A stretch of 64,000 nt of DNA from an uncultured Desulfosarcina sp. GTDB taxonomy: Bacteria > Desulfobacterota > Desulfobacteria > Desulfobacterales > Desulfosarcinaceae. The notes under the pieces are model-generated. The model was not told the origin of the DNA and made no database searches. It saw only the letters and a list, made by a program, of their open reading frames with translations. The stretch lies in NCBI GenBank assembly GCA_963674945.2, contig CAXXWQ010000003.1, positions 736,001 through 800,000 on the forward strand, read 5' to 3'. Positions 1 through 10,379 of the stretch are shown piece after piece. Each line of letters opens with the position of its first letter. The stretch's first letter is position 1. The position numbers and the translations under genes are program-made.

Positions 1-1
1 C

Positions 2-646
2 ATCGAGAGCCTGCTCTTCGTGTCCGATACGCCATTGACGATGGCGCAATTGAAAAACATTCTCGACGATGCGGATGCCAATGCCGTTCGCGGTGCCGTC
101 GATGAATTGATGGCCGAGTATCGCCAGCGCGATGGTGGCTTCATACTGAAAGAAGTTGCCGGCGGTTTCCAGTTTCGCACCCAAAGCAGATACAACGATT
201 GGATCAAGCGGCTGGTGAAACCCCATGCGCCGCGCCTGAGCAAGGCCGCCTTGGAGACGCTTGCCATCATCGCTTATAATCAGCCGATCATCCGAAACGA
301 TATCGAACATATCCGTGGTGTTGACAGTGGAGGCGTCATCCGTATGCTCATGGAACGAAAATTGATTCGCGTGCTGGGGCGCATGGAAATTCCCGGCCGG
401 CCGTTGATCTATGCGACCACCAAGCATTTTCTGGAGGTATTCGAACTCAAAGACTTAAAGGACCTACCCACGCCAAAGGAGATCGAAGAACTCTCGAAAA
501 CCAGACAGGATGAGGCGATGGAGAAACTCGACGAAGCGGTGGCAGTCGGCGCCGATGCCGGTGCGACCGCCGAGGACCCTCTTACGGCACCTGAAGAAGA
601 GACCGTAAGTGATTGTAAGGAAGAAACAGATCCAGAAAGCGGGTAG
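2..646 (+). CDS. scpB: SMC-Scp complex subunit ScpB (5' partial; frame is open from the window edge)
   Basis: IESLLFVSDTPL.. N-terminus, VAGGFQFRT, LSKAALETLAIIAYNQPI, IRGVDS and GRPLIYATT..FLEVFEL motifs; acidic tail. Confidence 0.95.
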   Translation: MESLLFVSDTPLTMAQLKNILDDADANAVRGAVDELMAEYRQRDGGFILKEVAGGFQFRTQSRYNDWIKRLVKPHAPRLSKAALETLAIIAYNQPIIRNDIEHIRGVDSGGVIRMLMERKLIRVLGRMEIPGRPLIYATTKHFLEVFELKDLKDLPTPKEIEELSKTRQDEAMEKLDEAVAVGADAGATAEDPLTAPEEETVSDCKEETDPESG

Positions 647-884
647 CTGTAGACAAACGAAACCGCTGACCAGCCCAACAACACATGCCGGTTCCGCTCA
701 AACCACAACATACAGTATTGCTTTTTTACATCATATCCATCATAAAGGGATGTGTCCCCTCGTCCTGCCAGCAAGCAGGCCAAGGGCCACGTCCTCTACA
801 CCCGATGTGAGGAACAGCTGCCTCCCACACCCCCATTGATACCGAATCGGGTGGGACGTCGAATCTTGAATCGGAGGAATTGCC

Positions 885-2810
885 ATCAAAACGGACACAC
901 TTTTCAAAAACGGCGGCAATAACAAAAGGGATTACAATGCCGCCTCCCTGGAAGTTCTAAAGGGACTTGACCCGGTCCGCCGGCGACCGGGCATGTACAC
1001 GGACACACAACGCCCGAACCACCTGGCCCAGGAAGTGATCGACAACAGCGTGGACGAAGCCATCGCCGGTTTCGCGAAACGTATCGACGTGATCCTGCAT
1101 GAGGACGGCTCCTTGCGTGTTGCCGATGACGGACGCGGCATGCCAACGGATGTTCACCCCGAAGAGGGAATCACCGGCGTAGAGGTGATCATGCTCAAAT
1201 TGCATGCCGGGGCGAAATTCTCCAATAAAGATTATCAGTTTTCCGGAGGACTGCACGGCGTCGGTGTCTCGGTGGTCAATGCGCTCTCCAGCCGCCTCGA
1301 GGCGGAGATCAGAAGAGACGGCACAAGATACGAAATCCGATTCGCCGACGGGCGAAAGGAGCAGGAATTGGAAGCGGTCGGCACCGTCGGCCAGCGCAAC
1401 ACCGGCACAACCATTCGGTTCTGGCCCAATCCCGAATATTTCGATACGGTCCGATTCTCCATCCCAAGGCTGCGCCACACGCTCAGGGCAAAGGCGGTTC
1501 TGTGCCCCGGACTCACGGTGAGCTTCACCGACGAAAAAAGCGGTGAGACATCAAAATGGTACTACGAAGACGGCCTCAAGGAATATCTGGCCAGCGGGCT
1601 GATGGATTTCGAACGGATTCCGGACGACCCCTTCGTGGGAAAATTCGACGGTGATGGAGAAGCCGTTTCCTGGGCCGTGACATGGCTGCCCCAGGCAGGG
1701 GAGGCCATTACCGAAAGTTACGTGAACCTGATCCCTACGGCCCAGGGGGGCACCCATGTTAACGGATTCCGTTCGGGATTATTGGCCGCCATTCGCGAAT
1801 TTTGTGAATTTCGAAAATTGATCCCCCGTGGAATCAAGCTGGCGCCGGATGATGTCTGGGACCGGTGCGCCTATGTGCTCTCCGTCAAGATGACCGATCC
1901 CCAGTTCTCCGGGCAGACCAAAGAGCGGCTCTCCTCCCGCCAGTGTGCCTCCTTTGTCAACGGGGTCGTAAAGGACGCCTTCAGTCTCTGGCTGAATCAC
2001 CATACCGAGACCGGTGAACGATTGGCGGAGATGGCGATTGAAAATGCGAGAAACCGGTTGAAAGCCGGCAAGAAGGTCGTACGGAAAAAAATTACCGCCG
2101 GCCCGGCCCTTCCCGGCAAGTTGGCCGACTGTGTGAGCCAGGATCCCGATCAGAGCGAACTATTTCTGGTGGAAGGGGACTCCGCCGGAGGATCTGCAAA
2201 GCAGGCAAGGGACCGGCAGACACAGGCGGTCATGCCCCTTCGGGGCAAAATCCTCAACACCTGGGAAGTGGAATCCACCCAGATACTGGGGTCCAAAGAG
2301 GTCCATGACATCGCCGTGGCCATCGGTGTGGACCCGGGTTCCGAAAAGCTCAACGGTCTTCGTTACCATCGGGTCTGCATCCTCGCCGATGCGGACTCCG
2401 ATGGCCTGCATATCGCCACCTTGCTCTGTGCCCTGTTTCTTCGGCACTTCACGCCGCTGGTCAAGGCCGGCCACGTATTCGTGGCCATGCCCCCCCTGTA
2501 CCGAATCGATGCGGCCAAGAAAGTCTATTATGCGTTGGACGATGCGGAAAAGACAGCGATCATCCGTCGTCTTACGACCCAAAAGGCCAATGTAAAGATC
2601 AACGTTCAGCGGTTCAAGGGGCTGGGGGAGATGAATCCGGTGCAACTTAGGGAAACCACCATGGCGCCGGACACCCGCCGGTTGGTTCAGATGACCGTGG
2701 ACGAAGACGAGACGGCCTTTTCCACCCTGGACATGCTGCTGGCAAAGAAACGGGCAGAGGATCGTCGGCATTGGATCGAAGAGAGTGGTAATCTGGCCAA
2801 GATAGATTGA
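885..2810 (+). CDS. parE: DNA topoisomerase IV subunit B; probable non-canonical ATC start at 885 (first in-frame ATG is 993)
   Basis: YNAASLEVLKGLDPVRRRPGMYTDT, EVIDNSVDE, GGLHGVG, VEGDSAGG, PLRGKILN, DADSDG, QRFKGLGEMN; lacks the long GyrB insertion; directly upstream of parC; SD GGAGGA at 873-878. Confidence 0.93.
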   Translation: MKTDTLFKNGGNNKRDYNAASLEVLKGLDPVRRRPGMYTDTQRPNHLAQEVIDNSVDEAIAGFAKRIDVILHEDGSLRVADDGRGMPTDVHPEEGITGVEVIMLKLHAGAKFSNKDYQFSGGLHGVGVSVVNALSSRLEAEIRRDGTRYEIRFADGRKEQELEAVGTVGQRNTGTTIRFWPNPEYFDTVRFSIPRLRHTLRAKAVLCPGLTVSFTDEKSGETSKWYYEDGLKEYLASGLMDFERIPDDPFVGKFDGDGEAVSWAVTWLPQAGEAITESYVNLIPTAQGGTHVNGFRSGLLAAIREFCEFRKLIPRGIKLAPDDVWDRCAYVLSVKMTDPQFSGQTKERLSSRQCASFVNGVVKDAFSLWLNHHTETGERLAEMAIENARNRLKAGKKVVRKKITAGPALPGKLADCVSQDPDQSELFLVEGDSAGGSAKQARDRQTQAVMPLRGKILNTWEVESTQILGSKEVHDIAVAIGVDPGSEKLNGLRYHRVCILADADSDGLHIATLLCALFLRHFTPLVKAGHVFVAMPPLYRIDAAKKVYYALDDAEKTAIIRRLTTQKANVKINVQRFKGLGEMNPVQLRETTMAPDTRRLVQMTVDEDETAFSTLDMLLAKKRAEDRRHWIEESGNLAKID

Positions 2811-2830
2811 AAACAACATAGAAAGCGAAT

Positions 2831-5125
2831 ATGACGACAATCACATCCCCTGTCCAAGAGGGCACCGAACGGATGCCCCTGCAGCAGTTTTCCCGGCAGG
2901 CCTATCTCGACTACGCCATGTACGTCATCATGGATCGCGCCCTGCCTCACATCGGCGATGGTCTTAAGCCCGTTCAGCGGCGCATCGTCTATGCCATGAG
3001 CGAATTGGGCCTGACGGCGTCCGCAAAACCCAAAAAGTCCGCACGAACGGTGGGCGATGTGCTGGGAAAGTTTCATCCCCATGGGGATACGGCATGTTAC
3101 GAGGCCATGGTCCTCATGGCACAACCCTTTTCCTACCGATACCCGCTCATCGACGGACAGGGCAACTGGGGAGCACCGGACGATCCCAAGTCATTCGCCG
3201 CCATGCGGTATACCGAGGCCCGGCTCTCCGCCTATGCAGACGTACTCTTGTCCGAAATCACCATGGGAACGGTGAACTGGATTCCCAACTTCGACGGCAC
3301 ACTGAAGGAACCACAGGTAATGCCGGCCCGGCTTCCCAATATTTTGCTAAACGGTACCACGGGCATCGCCGTCGGCATGGCCACCGATATCCCGCCCCAC
3401 AACATCAACGAAGTCGTCGACGCCTGCATCCATTTGATCGACAACCCCGGCGCCGACACAAACGCGTTATGCGATTTCATCCAGGGGCCGGACTACCCTT
3501 CGGGTGCGGAGATCATCACGCCGAAATCGGAAATTGCGGCCATCTATCGGACGGGCAAAGGGGTGATCCGCATGCGGGCAACCTATGAACGGGAAAATGG
3601 AGACATCGTCATCGGCGCCCTGCCCCATCAAGTCTCCCCGGCCAGGGTTCTCGAGCAGATTGCTTCCCAGATGAACAAGAAGAAGCTACCCATGGTTGCC
3701 GATCTTCGTGATGAATCGGACCACGATGACCCCGTGCGCCTGGTCATCGTTCCTCGTTCGAATCGGGTGGACAGGGATGCTCTCATGGCCCACCTCTTCG
3801 CCACCACGGATCTGGAGAAGACCCACAGGATCAACCTGAATGTCATCGGACTGGACCGAAAACCGGGTGTACGAGGCCTCTGTTCCCTCCTTTCCGAGTG
3901 GATCGAGTTCCGCGTGCAAACCGTCAAGGACCGACTGGCCCATCGTCTGGAGAAAGTGCAGCGTCGCCTTCACATCCTAGAAGGCCTGCTGATTGCCTAT
4001 CTGAACATCGACGAGGTCATCCGCATCATTCGCAGCGAAGACAACCCCAAACCGGTATTGATGAACCGCTTCGATCTCTCCGATGAACAGGCGGAGGCCA
4101 TATTGCAGCTTCGCCTTCGCCACCTGGCGAAGTTGGAGGAGATGAAGATTCGAAGCGAGCAAAAGGACCTGGACAAAGAACGGCAGCTTTTGGAAAAAAC
4201 GCTCTCTTCCCAAGCCCGACTCAAGACATTGGTCAAGAAGGAGCTTCGTGCCGACGCGAAAAAATTTGGCGACGATCGACGAACTGCCATCGTCGAGCGT
4301 GAGGAAGCCCAGGCCATCTCCCAGGAGCAGTTGGCGCCGGTGGAACCGATTACGGTTATTCTTTCCATGAACGGTTGGGTGCGTGCGGCCAAAGGGCATG
4401 AGATCGATCCCATCGAAGCGACCTACCGACCGGGAGACGGCTATCTGGACGCGGCCCGGGGTAAGAGCAACCAACCGGTGACGTTTTTGGACAGCACGGG
4501 CCGTTCCTTCAGCCTTTCTGCACACACGCTGCCATCGGCCCGGGGATATGGCGAACCCCTCACCGGTCGATTCGCCCTGACACCCGGCGCCACCATGATG
4601 GCCGTGATAATGGAAAAAGAAGATCGGCAGTTGCTGCTTGCAAGTGATGCCGGTTACGGATTCATCACTCGCTATGGGGAACTTGTGACGCGCAACACCA
4701 AGGGCAAGGCGATTCTCACGCTTCCCAAAGGTGCCCGGCCCCTATTGCCGATCCCCATAGACGAAACCGGCGGGAATCTGCTGGCCGCTGTCACCAACGA
4801 GGGACGCATGCTGGTCTTTGCTTTGGATAAACTACCGGCCATCGCAAAGGGCAAAGGAAACAAGATTATCCACATCCCCGTAAAACGTGCCAGGGAGAGA
4901 GAAGAGATTCTCACCCATCTGGCACTGGTACCCGAGGAGGCCGGCCTCACCATTTACTCCGGGAAGCGCTTCTTCAAGTTGTCTCACGGCAATTTATCCG
5001 AATATATGGGCGAACGTGGGCGACGCGGAAAGAAGCTGCCACGCGGATTCCAAAAGGTAGACCGGTTGGAAAGCGAAGCGCCTGTCCAGGCACCGTTGCC
5101 CCTTGCGTCGAAAGAAGAGGAGTAA
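2831..5125 (+). CDS. parC: DNA topoisomerase IV subunit A
   Basis: [31 protein letters not shown] (catalytic Tyr); short CTD without a GyrA box; ends [11 protein letters not shown]. Confidence 0.95.
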   Translation: MTTITSPVQEGTERMPLQQFSRQAYLDYAMYVIMDRALPHIGDGLKPVQRRIVYAMSELGLTASAKPKKSARTVGDVLGKFHPHGDTACYEAMVLMAQPFSYRYPLIDGQGNWGAPDDPKSFAAMRYTEARLSAYADVLLSEITMGTVNWIPNFDGTLKEPQVMPARLPNILLNGTTGIAVGMATDIPPHNINEVVDACIHLIDNPGADTNALCDFIQGPDYPSGAEIITPKSEIAAIYRTGKGVIRMRATYERENGDIVIGALPHQVSPARVLEQIASQMNKKKLPMVADLRDESDHDDPVRLVIVPRSNRVDRDALMAHLFATTDLEKTHRINLNVIGLDRKPGVRGLCSLLSEWIEFRVQTVKDRLAHRLEKVQRRLHILEGLLIAYLNIDEVIRIIRSEDNPKPVLMNRFDLSDEQAEAILQLRLRHLAKLEEMKIRSEQKDLDKERQLLEKTLSSQARLKTLVKKELRADAKKFGDDRRTAIVEREEAQAISQEQLAPVEPITVILSMNGWVRAAKGHEIDPIEATYRPGDGYLDAARGKSNQPVTFLDSTGRSFSLSAHTLPSARGYGEPLTGRFALTPGATMMAVIMEKEDRQLLLASDAGYGFITRYGELVTRNTKGKAILTLPKGARPLLPIPIDETGGNLLAAVTNEGRMLVFALDKLPAIAKGKGNKIIHIPVKRAREREEILTHLALVPEEAGLTIYSGKRFFKLSHGNLSEYMGERGRRGKKLPRGFQKVDRLESEAPVQAPLPLASKEEE

Positions 5126-5145
5126 CGCCCTTTCCCGAAAAAAAA

Positions 5146-5167
5146 GGGACCGAAGAGTCCCGTTTTT
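5146..5167 (+). terminator. possible weak intrinsic terminator after parC
   Basis: GGGAC-cgaaga-GTCCC followed by GTTTTT and preceded by an A-tract. Confidence 0.4.
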
Positions 5168-5205
5168 AACCACCGCGATCAAACATCTTTTCTGATGCCA
5201 GGGCA

Positions 5206-7818
5206 ATGAGATTATTATCCCTTTTTAAAAAGCGATATCGTCAGTCGGTGCGATCGGAAGGCAACCTTTTTACCTGCTGGCTGCCGGACAAAACCGGTCC
5301 TTTGGCGATGTTCATCCTGCGCCGTATCTTTTCGGGCATCCGACTGAACGCCGAACTCAACGAAGTAATCGAGAAGCTTCCCGATGATGCGGTCATTGTG
5401 TATACATCCAAGACCAAAAGCTATTTTGAATTTTTATGCTACTACACCCGCTACATGGCAGCCAGACTCCCCTACCCCCGGCTTGGTTTCGACTGCCATG
5501 TCGTCATTTTTCAACCGCTGGGTCGACTGCTCCGAATCGCCTTTTCCCAACTCCACTACTTCTTCGGCCATCTTCGCTTCCGGGATCCCTACGAGGCAGG
5601 ATTCATCCAAGACGAAATCCGAAAAGGGACGACCGCGTTTTTACCTTTGATGGAAAAAGCCGATTTTCACCGTCAATTCATCAAGTCCAAGATGGATCCG
5701 ATCAGCCATCTCATCGACCTCCAGCGCACAATGACGCGCCCCATCTTTATCGTTCCCAAACTGATTTTTTTCAGTAAATTGCCAGAATCCAGCAGGCCCA
5801 GCCTGCTGGACATCTTTTTCGGCTCTCACCAGCAACCGGGCAGATTACGGCGCCTGTGGACATTGTTCAATAAACCCAAGACCATCTTCATCGAGGTGTC
5901 CGATCCCATCGATCTTAAGCGATATGTGACATCCGAGAAAAACGTGGATCGAAGCACCAATTATTTGACCTCGGAATTGAGACGAAAACTGCTCAGACAG
6001 ATCAACGCCCATAGAAAGAGCATTACCGGCCCTACAATCAAAAGGCCGGAGGAGATCAAACAGGAGCTATTAACCGGTGAAGGATTGCGCCAGTTCATGG
6101 TAACCTATGCCAAACGAAAAGGGATTGGCATCTTCGATACTCACCGGGAAGCCATGGGGTATGTGGACGAGATCGCGGCCAAATACAGTCCGTCTTTCAT
6201 CGATATCACCCATCGCATCCTTCGGTATTTCCTGAACACACTCTTCGAGTCCGTTACCTTCAATGCCGATCAGGTGTCCGAGATCAAACGAAGTGCCCGC
6301 AAAGGGCCCATCATCTTCATGCCCGCCCACAAAAGCCACATGGATTCGCTACTCCTTTTGTACACCCTGTACGACAACCATATGCCCTGCCCACTGACCT
6401 TTGCCGGTAAAAATCTCGCTTTCTGGCCGATGGGACCGCTGTTTCGACGGGGCGGTGCCTTCTTCGTTCGTCGAAGTTTCAAGGGTGCGGTTTTCTATGC
6501 CAAGGTCTTTTCCGCATACATCCATAAGGTCCTGAAAGAGGGGTTTAATATCGCCGTTTACATCGAGGGGACACGCAGCAGGAGTGGAAAACTTCTTAAG
6601 CCCCAACTGGGAATGCTTTCCATCCTCCTCCAGGCGTTTTTTTCCGGGGCATGCCAGGATCTCATCTTTGTTCCCGTTTTTATCGCCTACGATCGAATTC
6701 CCGATGAAGGCGCTTACCTCCATGAAATCAGTGGCGGGAAAAAGTCTCCGGAAAGTTTCCGCCAGATGCTGAAAGCCAAGGCGATTTTCCAGAACCGCTA
6801 CGGAAGCGTTCACATTCATTTTGGACACCCCTTCTCCCTAATGGACATCATGAACGGACAGGGTACTGCGGACGTCCAGATCTCCTCCAAGCAGCAGAAC
6901 ACCCTGTGTCGCCAGATCGGCGTCAGGGTGATGAATACGATCGACCGGAATGCCGTGGTTACGCCACAGTCGCTGGTGGCCGGTGCTCTTTTGGTCGGCG
7001 GCAAGGAGGTCATCTCCCGGACGGAAATTGGCTTTCGCATCGAGGCGTCCACGAATCTTTTGTTCGCCCAGAACACCTGCCTGTCGGAACCACTTTCCGG
7101 CAATTACGCCTATTCCGTGGAAAACACGCTGCATTACTATCAAAGGCGCAAATTTATCCAAAGGGCCATCTCCAAGACCACGGGACAGATGGGGGCAGAT
7201 GGCTTTCGAATCATCGAAAGCCGCCGCAATGCACTGGACTATTATAAAAATACCTGCATTTGTCATTTCGTTGCCCCGGCCTTCACTGCCGTGGCCATCC
7301 TGGAGAAGGACGCATTCCAGTTCTCCGCTTCAAATCTGCATGAACCGTACCGGCACCTTCAAAATCTATTTTGCGAAGAGTTTACCCCGGACGCCATCCA
7401 ACCTCCGGCATTCATCGTCCGCAAAACCGTAAAAGCCTTTATCGATAACGCGATCCTCGTTCCCCATCCCATTTTGCCGGACACCTACAACCTCTCTTCC
7501 GAGGGATTGAGAAAGCTCATCTTCTTTGCCGGCTACATTGAACCGCTACTCGAATCCTACCGGACGGCGTTGGTCTATTTCTCCAAGAATCGCCGGAACC
7601 AGCACCATAAGCCCAGGATTCTCAAGAAAATGCTGTCCATCGGTAATCGGATGCTTCGACAGGGAGAAATCCGCCTCAAGGAGTCCGTATCCAAGGCGAA
7701 TTACGATAATGCGGTTACATTTTTTTCAAAAAACGGCGTGAGGGGATCCGAGGATGAGGAACGGATTTGGACCTGGAACAACGCCATCACCAGATATCTC
7801 AACCTGCTATCGAGATGA
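5206..7818 (+). CDS. plsB: PlsB-like glycerol-3-phosphate/DHAP acyltransferase (paralogue 1)
   Basis: HKSHMD (HxxxxD), GAFFVRR, IEGTRSRSGK, VPVFIAYD acyltransferase blocks; 870 aa. Confidence 0.8.
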   Translation: MRLLSLFKKRYRQSVRSEGNLFTCWLPDKTGPLAMFILRRIFSGIRLNAELNEVIEKLPDDAVIVYTSKTKSYFEFLCYYTRYMAARLPYPRLGFDCHVVIFQPLGRLLRIAFSQLHYFFGHLRFRDPYEAGFIQDEIRKGTTAFLPLMEKADFHRQFIKSKMDPISHLIDLQRTMTRPIFIVPKLIFFSKLPESSRPSLLDIFFGSHQQPGRLRRLWTLFNKPKTIFIEVSDPIDLKRYVTSEKNVDRSTNYLTSELRRKLLRQINAHRKSITGPTIKRPEEIKQELLTGEGLRQFMVTYAKRKGIGIFDTHREAMGYVDEIAAKYSPSFIDITHRILRYFLNTLFESVTFNADQVSEIKRSARKGPIIFMPAHKSHMDSLLLLYTLYDNHMPCPLTFAGKNLAFWPMGPLFRRGGAFFVRRSFKGAVFYAKVFSAYIHKVLKEGFNIAVYIEGTRSRSGKLLKPQLGMLSILLQAFFSGACQDLIFVPVFIAYDRIPDEGAYLHEISGGKKSPESFRQMLKAKAIFQNRYGSVHIHFGHPFSLMDIMNGQGTADVQISSKQQNTLCRQIGVRVMNTIDRNAVVTPQSLVAGALLVGGKEVISRTEIGFRIEASTNLLFAQNTCLSEPLSGNYAYSVENTLHYYQRRKFIQRAISKTTGQMGADGFRIIESRRNALDYYKNTCICHFVAPAFTAVAILEKDAFQFSASNLHEPYRHLQNLFCEEFTPDAIQPPAFIVRKTVKAFIDNAILVPHPILPDTYNLSSEGLRKLIFFAGYIEPLLESYRTALVYFSKNRRNQHHKPRILKKMLSIGNRMLRQGEIRLKESVSKANYDNAVTFFSKNGVRGSEDEERIWTWNNAITRYLNLLSR

Positions 7819-7846
7819 AATGCCTGTTTGGTTTATCTGGCCAAGC

Positions 7847-9136
7847 TTATTTCGGAGAGTACTGATCGCCCCCCGCCCAGTTATTGTTTTTATCCGCTTT
7901 CCGGGTCAGACCGCCACTAACCGTGGCGTAATCCCCGCTGGCGTTGTTTAGCTGACCGCCACCGACACATGCATATTTTCCCGAAGCACGGTTGTTGTAA
8001 CCGCCGCTGACCACGGCATATGGGCCTGAGATGGCGTTGGCCTCCCCCACCACGAGTCCACCATAGGAGGTATAGGTGAGATTTTTGCCGATAACGACGT
8101 TATGGGACCCGCTGTGGGCTTTGGCATCCCCTTTGGCAGGGAGTTCGTTGTACCCGACGATCAAATTTCCCAAACCATTGGGAGCGCCTTCCGTTTTACC
8201 GGTACCGTTGACGATGTGAAGGTTCACTTTGCTGAAAATGATATCATTGTTCTTCCTGGACACCCCCTCCAGCAATCGGGACAACTGGCTGACCGTTTTC
8301 TGCAACGCGGCCACTTCTGCCTGTAAGACGGCGATCTCCTTGGTTTTTATCTCCAGTTCATTGATTCGTCCGACGGTGGGTTTTAAATTGATTGCAGGGG
8401 TGGCAACCGCAACTGCGGCAGCGTTTTTTTTCATAACCGCCACGGCAGCGGCCAACTCGCTGTCTCGGCAAATGGCATCGTCGATGAATTTCTCCTGTAG
8501 CGTTCCAGAAGTGATTTCCGATGCACTATGACCATGTGAGATATTGGCTTTCTTTGCAAGCTCGACCTGGAAATTTTCCTTGGAAACCAAGTCCTTTAGG
8601 AGAATTCGCTGGCTCTTTGTTTTTGTTTTTACCGTAACAGCCGCATCACATTTAATCTTCAGATCTTCCCAGCACCGCTCACATACTTTTGCATCCGGAG
8701 ATTCCTTGTATTGCGCAACCTGTTCGGCAGTTTCATATACGATATACTCATTGGCATAAGCGATGTTTTCCGGTGAGGACCGTTTATACAGCAAGACCCA
8801 GACGGCAGTGGTCTTGAGGTTGTGAACGATCGTATCCGCCTCGAAGGAAATGGCAAAATATTGGTCGCTTATATGGTGCAATCCGATGGGTTGCTGGAAA
8901 TTGAAGTGCCGTTTCATGACACTCGACACATTCTGCTTTATCAGGTATTCTTTCAACATGGTCTTTTGCGACGACTGGATGGTCTCCAGCACCTCTTTTG
9001 CGTTGCCGTTTCCGTCTTCGATCAGGGTAACCAATTCGCCATACCCATTGACAGGCTCAGCCGAGACCGGATGAAGAAAAACAAGGGTCGAGAGCAAAAC
9101 AGATAGTAAAATAGTGCTGATCCATTTTACAAACAT
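7847..9136 (-). CDS. exported protein with a coiled coil and C-terminal 15-residue Gly-rich (beta-roll-like) repeats
   Basis: SD GGAGGTG before ATG 9136; signal peptide MFVKWISTILLSVLLSTLVFLHPVSA; heptads INELEIKTKEIAVLQAEVAALQKTVSQL; repeats NxASGxYAxVSGG x3. Confidence 0.75.
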   Translation of the reverse strand: MFVKWISTILLSVLLSTLVFLHPVSAEPVNGYGELVTLIEDGNGNAKEVLETIQSSQKTMLKEYLIKQNVSSVMKRHFNFQQPIGLHHISDQYFAISFEADTIVHNLKTTAVWVLLYKRSSPENIAYANEYIVYETAEQVAQYKESPDAKVCERCWEDLKIKCDAAVTVKTKTKSQRILLKDLVSKENFQVELAKKANISHGHSASEITSGTLQEKFIDDAICRDSELAAAVAVMKKNAAAVAVATPAINLKPTVGRINELEIKTKEIAVLQAEVAALQKTVSQLSRLLEGVSRKNNDIIFSKVNLHIVNGTGKTEGAPNGLGNLIVGYNELPAKGDAKAHSGSHNVVIGKNLTYTSYGGLVVGEANAISGPYAVVSGGYNNRASGKYACVGGGQLNNASGDYATVSGGLTRKADKNNNWAGGDQYSPK

Positions 9137-9188
9137 CAAATTCACCTCCACTGCTGTTTGTACATCGTCATGGATTCGGTCCCGATCC

Positions 9189-10079
9189 CTATCCGTTGCT
9201 CGCAAGCCGATCGATGGCCATTTTCGTACTTACCCGCAACCGCTCGATGACATTGGCCAATTTTCCTATTTCGGACCGGTTCTTCATCTTGACCGGCCGA
9301 TCCATATTCCCGTCTGCCACCTCGGAAGCCATCTTTAGCAGTATCGAAAGAGGGTTTAGGAAGGTGATGATAATAAAACAGATGACGGCAACGATGAGCA
9401 GGATAAAAAGGCTTCCAAAAAGCAATTGTTTGGGAGAAAAAAAGGTGTTGGCACTTTGTTCGGGAAAATTCTGATAGCCCACACAAAAAGAGCCCCATCG
9501 CTCCCCGTTAATGAAAATCGGCGAAGAAAACTCCCAAATCGTCCGGTTTTCGGTATCCGTGTATTTTTGGGCGAATCCCTTCTTTTCGTTCAAAGAGACA
9601 CTGGTAATGCGATCGTCCATCAATATCTGTTTTCCGACGTGGTCAACTGGGGTCGATTGGGAATCGACTGCCGTTTCCGTATCGCCAGGTTCGATGCGAA
9701 CGGGTACATACCCGTTTAAATCAATCACTCGTGCGTAAACGATATTCTTATCTTGGAGGTATTCATTCTCGAGAGGAAAAAGGGCTTTGCTGACGAAGGC
9801 ATCGTATTTGGTACTATATTTTTGTGGAGAGGTATTTTCTACAGGAATAAATTGAGAGTCGAACAGGTCTTCTCTGACAAGCCCGCCGGCATCGATGACT
9901 TCCTCAAGGATGGCGCTGACACTTCTTGCACCGATAATGGAGGACCAACGCCCCTGTTTTTTCAGCAAGTCCAGATGACTGTCGGTATTTGCGATAATGA
10001 GAAAAGCCCCGAGTAACGCCATTAAAACAATAACACCACTTACGGCAATTGAAATTTTGACACCGAGACGTTGAAACAT
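9189..10079 (-). CDS. membrane sensor with a periplasmic Cache-like domain and a terminal HAMP domain; no output domain
   Basis: TM1, about 170-aa periplasmic region ending PIFINGERWGSFCVG, TM2, HAMP (PLSILLKMASEVADGNM..EIGKLANVIERLR), then stop. Confidence 0.75.
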   Translation of the reverse strand: MFQRLGVKISIAVSGVIVLMALLGAFLIIANTDSHLDLLKKQGRWSSIIGARSVSAILEEVIDAGGLVREDLFDSQFIPVENTSPQKYSTKYDAFVSKALFPLENEYLQDKNIVYARVIDLNGYVPVRIEPGDTETAVDSQSTPVDHVGKQILMDDRITSVSLNEKKGFAQKYTDTENRTIWEFSSPIFINGERWGSFCVGYQNFPEQSANTFFSPKQLLFGSLFILLIVAVICFIIITFLNPLSILLKMASEVADGNMDRPVKMKNRSEIGKLANVIERLRVSTKMAIDRLASNG

Positions 10080-10379
10080 AGGGAGATCCTTTCCTGCAAG
10101 CACCACAAAAAAATGCCCGAAAACAAACGCTTTACCAACGATAGATGTAACGGCGAAGTTTTTCTTTATCCGTTACACACAATATATCATATGTATTCAT
10201 TGGATCGCCCTCATTGAGGAAAAGTTTAGATTTTTTTTAACTGACGGTAGCGATTTTCGGTTGGAAGGACAAAGTCGGGAGTGTGGATTGTAACGATACT
10301 GCAATGGTTAACAAAAAATGAAGGGGACGCTTTTACGAAAAAACAGGACCATTGCCGATATTGTTGCCGTCTTGTTTCG

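Noticed and set aside
880..960. short TTG-initiated ORF overlapping the parE 5' region (frameshift model)
   Set aside because: The TTG is only 1 nt from the SD and there is no canonical slippery heptamer; kept only as an alternative if an indel error exists.
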